A DNA stretch of 64,000 bases from Malacoraja senta (Eukaryota). Made by a program: the position numbers and the translations under genes. This document shows positions 25,301 through 35,052 of this stretch, in pieces. The notes under the pieces were generated by a model that was given only the letters and a program-made list of their open reading frames with translations, was not told the origin of the DNA and made no database searches. Every line of letters begins with the position of its first letter. Position 1 is the stretch's first letter. The DNA is taken from assembly GCA_038087875.1 (NCBI GenBank), contig CM075999.1, positions 4,094,001 to 4,158,000 of the forward strand, written 5' to 3'.

Positions 25301-28300
25301 GTTAATTCCAGTATTAGTTTAGCTGCCACGACTAACCAGGTTTATGTCTTGTTGGACGGGCTATAAAGTCACCTACTGAGGTGACCTCTCTCCATCCACT
25401 AGACTTACTGCAGCCCAGCGACAGTCAGCAGGTGCATGCCCTTGGAATCTCTGAATAAAGACTGGAAATGCTAGGTTTGGTTTGTACCATTAAAGGACAC
25501 AAAGTGCTGGAGTAACCCAGCGGGTTAGGCAGCATCTGTGGAGAACATGGATAGGTGACGTTTCGGGTGGGAACCCTTCTTCAGATAAAGTTGTCCTGAC
25601 TCGAAACGTCACCTATGCATGTTGTCAAGAGATGCTGCCAGATCTGCTTAGTTACTCCAGCACTTTGTGTCGCTTTGCGTGAACCAGCATCTGCAGTTCC
25701 TTGTTTCTGTGTTTCAACCCGTTCTTTGGCGATAGTTCCGTGGTTTTGACATTTAAGTCTACATCATTCACATTCAGTTGCTGGGCGGTTTTGTTCACCT
25801 GAATGGATGAATGTGCTGAATACATGAGACATGTTCCAGAGTTAAGCACCTGTCCGGTATTCTGCTCTTGACTAACATGTTCAGATTTTGTTGTGTTTTC
25901 ATGAGTACATGTTAGACATAAGAGTTTATTGCACCTCAAGAACAATACCTTGTGCCTATCGGGCACCTGGAAGATGCACACACTGACCACTGGCAGGATA
26001 GAGCTGGATCTGGGGAAGTCGGGTTAGATACATAGAAAATAGGTGCAGGGGTAGGCCATTCGGCCCTTCGAGCCTGCACCGCCATTCAATATGATCATGG
26101 CTAATCATCCAACTCAGTATCCCATATCTGCCTTCTCTCCATACCCCCTGATCCCTTTAGCCACAAGGGCCACATCTAACTCCCTCTTAAATATAGCCAA
26201 TGAACTGGCCTCAACTACCCTCTGTGGCAGAGAGTTCCAGAGATTCACCACTCTGTGTGAAAAAGTTTTTTCTCATCTCGGTCTTAAAGGATTTCCCCCT
26301 TATCCTTAAGCTGTGACCCCTTGTCCTGGACTTCCCCAACATCGGGAACAATCTTCCTGCATCTAGCCTGTCCAACCCCATAAGAATTTTGTAAGTTTCT
26401 ATAAGATCCCCTCTCAATCTCCTAAATTCTAGCGAGTATAAGCCGAGTCTATCCAGTCTTTCTTCATATGAAAGTCCTGACATCCCAGGAATCAGTCTGG
26501 TGAACCTTCTCTGCACTCCCTCTATGGCTATAATGTTCTTCCTCAGATTTGGAGACCAAAACTGTATGCAATACTCTAGGTGTGGTCTCACCAAGACCCT
26601 GTACAACTGCAGTAGAACCTCCCTGCTCCTATACTCAAATCCTTTTGCTATGAAAGCTAACATACCATTCGTTTTCTTCACTGCCTGCTGCACCTGCATG
26701 CCTACTTTCAATGACTGGTGTACCATGACACCCAGGTCTCGCTGCATCTCCCCTTTTCCTAATCGGCCACCATTTAGATAATAGTCTGCTTTCCTGTTTT
26801 TGCCACCAAAGTGGATAACTTCACATTTATCCACATTATACTGCATCTGCCAAACATTTGCCCACTCACCCAGCCTATCCAAGTCACCTTGCAGTCTCCT
26901 AGCATCCTCCGCACAGCTAACACTACCGCCCAGCTTAGTGTCACCCGCAAACTTGGAGATGTTGCCTTCAATTCCCTCATCCAGATCATTAATATATATT
27001 GTAAATAGCTGGGGTCCCAGCACTGAGCCTTGCGGTACCCCACTAGTCACTGCCTGCCATTGTGAAAAGGACCCGTTTACTCCTACTCTTTGCTTCCTGT
27101 TTGACAACCACTTCTCTATCCACATCAATACTGAACCCCCAATACCGTGTGCTTTAAGTTTGTATATTAATCTCTTATGTGTGACCTGGTCGAAAGCCTT
27201 CTGAAAGTCCAGATACAACACATCCACTGGTTCTCCCTATCCACTCTACTAGTTACATCCTCGAAAAATTCTATAAGATTCGTCAGACATGATTTACCTT
27301 TCGTAAATCCATGCTGACTTTGTCCAATGATTTCACCACTTTCCAAATGTGCTGCTATCCCATCTTTAATAACTGACCCTAGCAGTTTGCCCACTACCGA
27401 TGTTAGACTAACTGGTCTGTAATTCCCCGTTTTCTCTCTCCCTCCCTTCTTAAAAAGTGGGGTTACGTTTGCTACCCTCCAATCCTCAGGAACTACTCCA
27501 GAATCTAAAGAGTTTTGAAGAATTATCACTAATGCATCCACTATTTCTGGAGCTACTTCCTTAAGTACTCTGGGATGCAGCCTATCTGGCCCTGGTGATT
27601 TATCGGCCTTTAATCCATTCAATTTACCCAACACCACTTCCCGACTAACCTGGATTTCACTCAGTTCCTCCATCTCATTTGACCCGCGGTCCCCTGCTAT
27701 TTCCGGGTGATTATTTATGTCTTCCTTAGTGAAGACGGAACCAAAGTAGTTATTCAATTGGTCCGCCATATCCTTGTTCCCCATGATCAATTCACCTGTT
27801 TCTGACTGCAAGGGACCTACATTTGTTTTAACTAATCTCTTTCTCTTCACATATCTATAAAAACTTTTGCAGTCAGTTTGTTCAAACCTGCACACGCCAT
27901 TCCAGGTGGTTTAAAGTATTCAAAGGATTTGAACCCAAGCCTAACATCGAAAGGGTGTAGCATTTGCACAGTACCAGAGAATTATGGGGGAGGGGAGGGG
28001 CGGGGGAAGAGCTTTGGTCATCTTGGCTGCAGAGGCAACTCATTGTTCAGTGTTGGGACTGACCCTATGCTTACCTGGTTCACTTTCCCACCTGTCTCCT
28101 TTGTTACCTTACTATCCACCTGCTCCCTGGCGTTTGGAAATCAGTGCACGATCAACTGAAGGCTTCCTTGGTCAACGCTAGTTATCAGTGGTTGGTAGAG
28201 AATCTCAATCTGAGATTTGGTGGACAGTGAAATTAGTAGGCAGTCTAAATGCTAATAATATTAACGACACCAGCTCACTGGCGCTGAGCGATCTCTCACG

Positions 28301-30025
28301 TTTCCATTTCCCACTGTCATTTTTCTTTGCTGACAGTCCGTGCTTCAGACAAGAGGATAGCTTGCGATGAAGAGTTCTCCGACTCTGAAGACGAAGGGGA
28401 AGGAGGCCGCCGCAACGCTACAAACTACAGGAAGCTAAAGCGGGCTAAAGTGGAAGAGGAGAAGGAAGGAGAAGAGAATAAATCAGGTTGGTGGTCGAGA
28501 ACCAGACGTTTAATTACACACACTGTGCGCCTCCTTGTCACCGTGTTAATCAGTTGGTGGATGTCCATGTGCGACCATCCTTAAACCTGGGCCAACGCTC
28601 AGCCTAGTGACCAGGTCAGCAATCTTCACTCTGTGCAACCCACCATTAGTTGAGCTGACTGACTGTTCTGCTTCTGTGCCTGAGCAAAAATGTTTGGCAA
28701 TTCAGGTTAAATTCTGTATTTTTTTTGTTGATTTTCTAGATGGGAAGGAGGAAGAGAAAGCCAAAGATGGTGTTACAGAGAAGTTGGAAACTAAAGGGTA
28801 TGCTGCTTTATTTGTGTCTAAAATATTCCAGACTCTCCAACGGTGCAAAAATAAACACTTCTCAAAACTGTCGTCATTGTTCCTTTTCTGGCTTGATATT
28901 CAATGCCTTGTGCAGTATTTTTGTTTGGCCTTAAGTCATCTCTTGCATGCCTCTCGTTTACCCACCGTTTACCCGAGTGGCAGCTTGCCTGGTGTTTGTC
29001 ATTCAGTTGTTCTTGTTCTACGATCAACATTTGTGTTTGCATGCTCTCTGCCTTTTGCACATTGCCACTGAGCGTTACATCTACATTTGGTTTTATGCAT
29101 GTGCACTGACACTGTCTGTCTCTCGCACACTTATCCTTGAGTAATCTTTGCCTCTGCGTACCCTATCCTCTGTATCCTGCCTATATTCCCTCCGTTTGGA
29201 CCTGTATTCACTTCCTTCAGCCTAGTGTGTGCAGTTGCAGCAGTGACAGGGCCAGGGGCTTGAACGGGGTGAGGCTAGGAACCGGCCAGGCAAACTCTGG
29301 CAGTTAATAGCTGGGACCAGTTAGATTGGTTCCAGTTTTATATATGAAGTTCAACTATAATCTGGAGTTGAAAAATATGATAAACTACAAATTTAAAGTG
29401 TGCACATCCTAACTAAGCCATGAATTATCAAAAGCATTAATGATTGAAAAGAATTTCTATTTCAATAGGTCTATATGGTGGCTGTCGAGTCTCCTGTTAG
29501 ATTTGTTCAGCAGGTATCTGCTGGCAGTGAGGAGTGGGCCAACCCATGGGTGAATTTATGAGCTGTTGGAGGGAGGGAGCTGGCAGCAACAAAAGACTTG
29601 TGTGGACTGGGGTGGTGTTGAAGGGAAGATACATGGGCCAGGTTAGGATGTACCTTGTGTGGACTGGGGTGGTGTTCATAGATAGTTAGTTGGGGGCTGA
29701 GTGGTTGCTTTCCCAGTAGTCTGGAAAATTAAATGGAGTCATAGGAAGTCTGTCAGTTGTACAGCATGGAAACGGGCCCTTCAGCCCACCTTGTCCATGC
29801 TGACGAAGATGGATACTAGGCTGGTCACATTACCACCACTTGGCTCCTTATTTGAACCCTTCCTATCCTTATCTCTCCCAATGTTATTTAAAAGTCTATC
29901 CACTTCCATGATGGACTGTAAGAATGCGACAGTGTTAACTGTGGAGTTTTGTGCAATTCACCAACTCTTAATGTGCTTTCCCCCCTAGAATTAAGGTGGA
30001 AGAGACCAAAGCCAGCAATGCATAA
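4197..30025 (+). CDS. HDAC1: Histone deacetylase 1 (class I HDAC), 14 coding exons, 1470 nt, 489 aa
   Basis: join(4197-4251,8690-8802,10832-10949,13731-13805,14672-14810,16051-16192,18103-18195,18408-18516,19153-19293,21183-21291,25126-25256,28337-28486,28740-28797,29989-30025). All introns are GT-AG and the frame is continuous. Catalytic motifs [21 protein letters not shown] and GGGGY are intact. HDAC1 rather than HDAC2 from LCK/MARCKSL1 synteny and the residues [27 protein letters not shown]. Confidence 0.9.
4668..4850 (+). mobile_element. Tc1/mariner-like terminal fragment
   Basis: TA followed by C(C)GTGCCCTCCTAATGTTTGAGACAAAGAC, resembling a CAGTG-type Tc1 terminal repeat. No partner end or transposase seen. 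Confidence 0.45.
5170..5640 (+). mobile_element. Non-autonomous non-LTR (SINE-like) element, copy 1, HDAC1 intron 1
   Basis: 5334-5633 is nearly identical to 8298-8603; ends in a hairpin, TGACAATAAA and an (AATCA)n tail. Confidence 0.65.
7285..7715 (+). mobile_element. Rex1/Babar-type LINE 3' fragment
   Basis: [38 protein letters not shown] coding remnant plus the cactgtacctcggtacac.tgacaataaact-type tail. Confidence 0.6.
8298..8603 (+). mobile_element. Same SINE-like element, 5'-truncated copy 2
   Basis: Direct near-identical repeat of 5334-5633. Confidence 0.65.
8690..8802 (+). CDS. HDAC1: HDAC1 exon 2
   Basis: gcag|[39 protein letters not shown]; donor |gtaagt. Confidence 0.95.
8962..9136. 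repeat. Imperfect (CA)n/(CG) microsatellite
   Basis: Alternating purine-pyrimidine tract in HDAC1 intron 2. Confidence 0.9.
10832..10949 (+). CDS. HDAC1: HDAC1 exon 3
   Basis: caaag|[42 protein letters not shown]; donor T|gtacgt. Confidence 0.95.
11698..13490 (-). mobile_element. CR1 LINE, 5'-truncated and disrupted, with a nested CR1 3' end at about 11971-12110
   Basis: ORFs 12797-13423 and 12062-12796 encode CR1 RT ([41 protein letters not shown]); the FADD motif is deleted. ORF 11679-11930 continues ORF2. Confidence 0.9.
13731..13805 (+). CDS. HDAC1: HDAC1 exon 4
   Basis: ccag|TC; (F)[24 protein letters not shown]; donor G|gtaagt. Confidence 0.95.
14672..14810 (+). CDS. HDAC1: HDAC1 exon 5
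   Basis: gcag|CT; (A)[45 protein letters not shown](K); donor |gtgagt. Confidence 0.95.
15185..15920. mobile_element. Non-autonomous TIR DNA transposon (PIF/Harbinger-like)
   Basis: 12-bp terminal inverted repeats AGGGCCTGTCCC (15185-15196) and GGGACAGGCCCT (15909-15920), with TTA at the left flank. No transposase. The superfamily call is inference. Confidence 0.6.
16051..16192 (+). CDS. HDAC1: HDAC1 exon 6
   Basis: gaag|[48 protein letters not shown]; donor |gtaaga. Confidence 0.95.
17700..17985 (-). mobile_element. tRNA-derived SINE (HE1/V-SINE-like)
   Basis: Reverse complement of the element at 58926-59232; A/B-box head and CR1-like tail. Confidence 0.75.
18103..18195 (+). CDS. HDAC1: HDAC1 exon 7
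   Basis: catag|[34 protein letters not shown]; donor |gtgagt. Confidence 0.95.
18408..18516 (+). CDS. HDAC1: HDAC1 exon 8
   Basis: tccag|[39 protein letters not shown](G); donor G|gtaccg. Confidence 0.95.
19153..19293 (+). CDS. HDAC1: HDAC1 exon 9
   Basis: ccag|[48 protein letters not shown]; donor G|gtaagc. Confidence 0.95.
20118..20392. repeat. Minisatellite of 50/60-bp units, about 5 copies, HDAC1 intron 9
   Basis: Unit taccagcgtaacccagtgagccgcagtgttggtgc(agcccactg)ctgcctcacctctggg. Confidence 0.9.
21183..21291 (+). CDS. HDAC1: HDAC1 exon 10
   Basis: ttcag|AA; (E)[35 protein letters not shown](K); donor |gtatgt. Confidence 0.95.
21536..23775 (+). mobile_element. CR1 LINE (RT to 3' end), interrupted by an L2 fragment
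   Basis: ORFs 21558-22103, 22711-22983 (KFADDTKL), 22817-23338 and 23451-23690 are frameshifted CR1 ORF2 pieces; ends in cctactcctgcacctattgtctattg. Confidence 0.9.
22035..22592 (-). mobile_element. L2-type LINE 3' fragment nested in CR1
   Basis: ORF 22167-22409 (APPYLTDLL...[17 protein letters not shown]...LKTHLF) is typical of an L2 ORF2 C-terminus; (ATT)n tail. The host CR1 reads gaggat|gtaactagtag across the insertion. Confidence 0.8.
24121..24650 (-). mobile_element. Rex1/Babar LINE 3' fragment
   Basis: ORF 24317-24655 [22 protein letters not shown]...[21 protein letters not shown]; tail TGACAATAAAG(TTGAATC/TGAATC)n. Confidence 0.8.
24875..25098. repeat. 66-bp tandem array (about 3.5 units) derived from the Penelope-associated dispersed repeat
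   Basis: Unit acagagtgctggagtaactcagcgggtcaggcagcatctgtggagaacatggataggtgacgtttc. Confidence 0.85.
25126..25256 (+). CDS. HDAC1: HDAC1 exon 11
   Basis: ccag|[44 protein letters not shown]; donor A|gtgagt. Confidence 0.95.
26027..27880 (-). mobile_element. CR1 LINE, 5'-truncated, young
   Basis: ORFs 27167-27895 and 26211-27227 encode CR1 RT with a frameshift (FADD mutated to FAGD); CR1 3'UTR and tail at 26027-26140. Confidence 0.92.
28337..28486 (+). CDS. HDAC1: HDAC1 exon 12
   Basis: gacag|TC; (I)[49 protein letters not shown]; donor G|gttggt. Confidence 0.92.
28740..28797 (+). CDS. HDAC1: HDAC1 exon 13
   Basis: tctag|AT; (D)[18 protein letters not shown](G); donor GG|gtatgc. Confidence 0.85.
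29989..30025 (+). CDS. HDAC1: HDAC1 exon 14 (stop)
   Basis: ccccctag|[12 protein letters not shown]; phase matches exon 13; followed by AT-rich UTR-like sequence. Confidence 0.82.
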
Positions 30026-30642
30026 CTCAAGATGGACAGGTATTGGCTCCACATCATGCAGCATGCTTACTGTAGAGTAGCAATGTTAGATGACCCGACA
30101 AATGCTTATTTTTTTACAAGGTACAATGGACCATGTAATTTATTTGTAAACACAGTTTTGACCTTGGAAGTTGTTTAATCTGTGATCTAAAGAAAGTTAA
30201 ATTGTTAAGTGAAGTTGAGAAAGGAGTTGTTAACCCTTTCCTGTATTTTCCAGTGTAAACAAATGGCATGTGTTGCCTCCTTTGCCTGGTTGGTATTTGT
30301 TGCGCACACACCACTGTTGGGTCAGTGGTGACAACGGACTTGCATTTTTACTACCCATAATGTACCATTTGTATTCTGTGAAAGTACTGAGAATCATGTC
30401 CCCTCCCGTTAGAAGTAGTAATCAGATGGAAGATGAATATTCTATTAATTTTTTTTATATATTATAAACTGGGTAAGATCAGTTGACTTGTATACTTAGG
30501 CTCCTTAAAGACAATTTTTCCATTTAAAAAATAACTTTATAGTATCTTATCGCCCTACTGAAACATGGGTCAGATGCGTGTGTTTTTTATCTTGCTGCTT
30601 GTGAAATAAGTTTATTTCATTACCTTTTTTGACCAAAACTTA

Positions 30643-30648
30643 ATTAAA
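30643..30648 (+). terminator. Candidate HDAC1 polyadenylation signal (ATTAAA)
   Basis: ATTAAA about 620 nt after the stop, followed by GT-rich ctgtgatttgtgttgttct. Confidence 0.5.
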
Positions 30649-30986
30649 ATATTCACTCAAACTGTGATTTGTGTTGTTCTGGAAATGTGACTTCAACTTT
30701 GAGCGGAGGTGGTAGTGTACGACACTGAAATTGCCCAAGGGTTGAGAATTACTATAGAATTACTGTTTCAGGTTTAAACCAGCATCTGCAGGTCCTTCTT
30801 ACACATAGAATTACCGTAGTTCTGCTTCTGAACACTGGAGGGTGCTGCTGGGCTACAATGAAGGACCTTCCCGAGTCCTGGAGTAACTCTGCTGGTCAGG
30901 CAGCATCTGTGGGGAATTCAGACATGCCGTCTGACCCGCTGAGCTACTACCGGGCTTTGTGGCTTATTGTAAACCAGCTTCTGCAG

Positions 30987-31981
30987 GGCATCTGAAATGT
31001 CCTCATTCTTCAGGGAACGGGGGTTCCCCTCCTCCACCATAGATGAGGCTCGCACCAGGGTCTCTGCCATACCCCGCAACACTGCTCTCTCTCCCCATCC
31101 CCCCACTCACAACAAGGGCAGAGTCCCCCTAGTCCTCACCTTTCACCCCACCAGCCGTCACATACAACAAGTGATCCTCCGTCAGTTTCGCCACCTCCAA
31201 CGTGACCCCACCACTCGCCACATCTTCCCATCTCCCCCCATGTCTGCCTTCCGCAAAGACCGCTCCCTCCGTAACTCCCTTGTCAATTCTTCCCTTCCCT
31301 CCCATACCACCCTCTCCCCTGGTACTTTCCCTTGCAACCGCAAGAGATGCAACACTTGTCCCTTCACCTCCCCCCTCGACTCCATTCAAGGACCCAAGCA
31401 GTCGTTCCAGGTGCGACAGAGGTTCACCTGCATCTCCTCCAACCTCATCTATTGCATCCGCTGCTCTAGATGCCAGCTGATCTACATCGGTGATACCAAG
31501 CGGAGGCTTGGCGATCGTTTCGCCGAACACCTCCGGTCGGTCCGCAATAACCAACTTGACCTCCCGGTGGCTCAGCACTTCAACTCCCCCTCCCATTCCG
31601 TATCTGACCTCTCTGTCCTGGGTCTCCTCCATGGCCACAGCAAGCAACACCGTAAATTGGAGGAAATGCACCTCATATTCCGCTTGGGCAGTCTACATCC
31701 TGGGGGCTTGAACATTGAATTCTCCCAATTCTGCTAGCCCTTGCTGTCCCCTCCCCTTCATCAGCCCTCTGGTTGTCTCCTCCCCTCCCCCAGCCCTCAG
31801 GCTCCTCCTCCGCCTTTTTCCTTTTTTCCTTTCTTCTCCCCACCCCCTATCAGTCTGAAGCAGGGTTTCGGCCCGAAACGTTGCCTATTTCCTTCGCTCC
31901 ATAGATGCTGCTGCATCCGCTGAGTTTCTCCAGCATTTTTGTGTACCTTCGATTTTCCAGCATCTGCAGTTCCTTCTTTAA
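30987..31981 (+). mobile_element. Penelope-like retroelement, 5'-truncated, with open GIY-YIG endonuclease ORF (30997-31737)
   Basis: CNRKRCNTC Cys cluster, NLIYCIRC..C..IYIGDTKRRLGDRFAEH, VAQHFN and GLNIE. 12-bp direct repeats CAGCTTCTGCAG at 30975-30986 and 31982-31993. Confidence 0.9.
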
Positions 31982-32017
31982 CAGCTTCTGCAGTTCCTTG
32001 TAGCTACACAAGTAGCA

Positions 32018-32956
32018 ATGTTACAAAATTTTGAGATTTTAAAAATAAAGTCTGCAATTTATCCCATCAGATAAAGCATAAAAAGAAGTTGAATTTGACA
32101 CCTAATTCACTTTCATATCTTCAGTATTAAAAAAGTTATGGCCATTTTCATAGTTGGAAATTTGCATCTTGTTCCCTATTGCTTTTCCATTGATTTAACA
32201 CAAAAGCTGTGATCCAGGACAGTCAAAAGCCCATAACTTTCTTAAAAATTAAGAGAACTGAAAGAAATTTTCAGTTATTATAGATTGAAGCATTCTGAAA
32301 CAAATATGAAACAATCTTATTTAGATGACATGAAATTAAAGCATATAATTAGTTAGTTACCTAATTGTAGCTAATTACAAAATTCAATTACTAGATCTAA
32401 ACATCTATCAATTTCTTAAGAATAGATTAACATTTTTAAATAGCCTAAGTGTCCAAATAACATTCACACAAGAAATTAATGGACATTTAAATCATTTTGC
32501 GAGTGAGGATTTCTGGAACGCGATCATTTGGAACGTTAATTTGCGGTGAATTTAACCTCGTATCGGCATGAAAAATGCTGCCGTTAGTTCGGGGAATAAA
32601 ATCACCGTTTCGCATGAAAAAATGTGAATTAAAGGCTTCTTAAGAAGCACTTTTATACATTAAAATAAACCACTTTCGTTTACCTGTCCCGTACGTGAAA
32701 TCCGTCCCCGTTGTTGCCGTTGATTTTAAAATGACTGCAGCGCTGAAATTGTCGGGAGATTTTTTTTTTTAAATACTCAAAACGCCCCTCGGAACGATTC
32801 TTCCGCAAAAGCTTGTTCTCCAACGAAATATAATACAGGACAAGGTAGGAGAAACCCGTGTTTTAACCCCGCCCCCCCCCTCAAAGGCGCCCAAATCGCG
32901 CACACGGCCAGTGGCAGAATTACAGCGCCACTGAAGGTGAGTATTGTAACATACCT
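32018..32956. mobile_element. Putative non-autonomous DNA transposon (possibly Kolobok-like)
   Basis: AT-rich block bounded by ATGTTACAA (32018-32026) and its reverse complement TTGTAACAT (32944-32952). The TIR is short and the superfamily uncertain. Confidence 0.4.
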
Positions 32957-34184
32957 AACACAAGATAAATACAATTAAAGTATGCAGGTTAAACATGTTT
33001 CCTATGCATTGGGCAAGATGCTACCTCTGCTGCCCTGCATAGCAAGCCCTCCACACCTCACACTAAATTCACTTGTGTTAGCATCTTGATGCTTGCAAGA
33101 ACACACCATTAAAACTCCAGTGGATGAGGGCTGTGTTTCAGACTCTCTAACACAGGATCCATGATCACTCCTGCTTCCAGCCACCACACGGGAATTAAAC
33201 ACTGAGGGCAGTGACCAATCACCAACTGATGAGATAATCACAAGACAAACAGAATTAGGCCAATCGGCCCATCAAGTCTACTCCGCCATTCAATCATGGC
33301 TGATCTAACTCTCCCTCCTAACCCCATTCTCCTGCCTTCTCCCCATAACCCCCGACACCCATACTAATCAAGAATCTATCTCTGCATTAAAAATACCCAT
33401 TGAATTGGCCTCCACTGCTGCTGTCAGAGGCAATTAATTCCAGATTCCCTACCCTCTGGCTAAAGAAATTCCTCATATCCCATCCTAAAGGTACATCCTT
33501 TAATTCTGAGGCTGTGCTCTCTGGTCCTATACTCTCCCATCAGTGTCCACTGTATCACTAGCAGTCCACGATCCAGCTCTGTACTTCATCTCCATGGAGA
33601 CAAGGATGTAGTGGCTGGGATCTCCAGGTTAGTTTTGCTCAGTCAGCATGTGAGCAGTTGGGACACCAGCCACCCCCACCCCACTATGGCCCATTTACCT
33701 CAGGCACCATCTACAGACGGAGATAGACCCTTCAGAACATTACCCTCCACGGCCTGATGCTGCCTGACCCATCAACTCTCTCCAGTGTCTCCATATTGAC
33801 ATCCTTCATGGAAGTTATTTGCATCTCACTCGTCGATCACAACAGTACACGTTGCTCTGGCATTCTCAGATGCTGCATGTAAATCTAATTACATCAGCCC
33901 AACAGTGAACAATGCAGGTGAACTGCACTCTAACAAACCTCCAATGCCACGCTGTCCATATCGACATTCCTGAGGTGGGAACTGAAGTTTTGTCCAGCAC
34001 GCACATTATACGTGACGACAGCAGCAACAATAAATGTTACATCAGCATTCTCAGGTGGTGCCTGTTGTTAATCTAAATTAAAACAGCCCAGTGTTGAACA
34101 AGGCAGGTTGTCGAGCTCCCAATGCAAGCCAGGAACTCACTCTCTCTCCAGGAACATGCAGTGATAGGGAGGGGCGTTACACAC

Positions 34185-35052
34185 TGCAACAATGTAACCC
34201 GTCCAGTGTAGAGGCAACAATGTATCCGTGACCAGTGTAGATGCAACAATGTATCCATGACCAGTGTAGAGGCAACAATGTATCCGTGAGCAGTGGAGGC
34301 AACAATGTATCCGCGACCAGTGTAGAGGCAACAATGTATCCATGACCAGTGTAGAGGCAACAATGTATCCGCGACCAGTGTAGAGGCAACAATGTAACCC
34401 GACCAGTGTAGAGGCAACAATGTGTCCCTGACCAGTGTAGAGGCAACAATGTATCCATGACCAGTGTAGAGGCAACAATGTATCCGCGGCCAGTGTAGAG
34501 GCAACAATGTATCCGCGACCAGTGTAGAGGCAACAATGTATCCGCGACCAGTGTAGAGGCAACAATGTATCCGCGACCAGTGTAGAGGCAACAATGTATC
34601 CATGACCAGTGTGGAGGCAACAATGTATCCGCGACCAGTGTAGAGGCAACAATGTATCCATGACCAGTGTAGAGGCAACAATGTATCCATGACCAGTGTG
34701 GAGGCAACAATGTATCCGCGGCCAGTATAGAGGCAACAATGTATCCGCGGCCAGTGTAAAGGCAACAATGTATCCATGACCAGTGTGGAGGCAACAATGT
34801 ATCCGCGGCCAGTGTAGAGGCAACAATGTATCCGCGACCAGTGTAGAGGCAACAATGTATCCGCGACCAGTGTAGAGGCAACAATGTAACCCGACCAGTG
34901 TAGAGGCAACAATGTGTCCCTGACCAGTGTAGAGGCAACAATGTATCCATGACCAGTGTAGAGGCAACAATGTATCCGCGGCCAGTGTAGAGGCAACAAT
35001 GTATCCACGACCAGTGTAGAGGCAACAATGTGTCCCTGACCAGTGTAGAGGC
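34185..35052. repeat. 29-bp minisatellite, about 30 copies
   Basis: Unit accagtgtagaggcaacaatgtatcc(gcg/atg), with occasional 27-bp variants. Confidence 0.95.

Noticed and set aside
26211..27895. Possible active or domesticated reverse transcriptase
   Set aside because: 5'-truncated CR1 with a frameshift and catalytic FADD changed to FAGD; the other copies are also disrupted.
4197..30025. Calling the gene HDAC2 and its neighbour MARCKS
   Set aside because: The LCK neighbour, the GDGIEPAP motif and small size of the MARCKS-family protein, and several HDAC1-type residues favour the HDAC1-MARCKSL1 paralogon.
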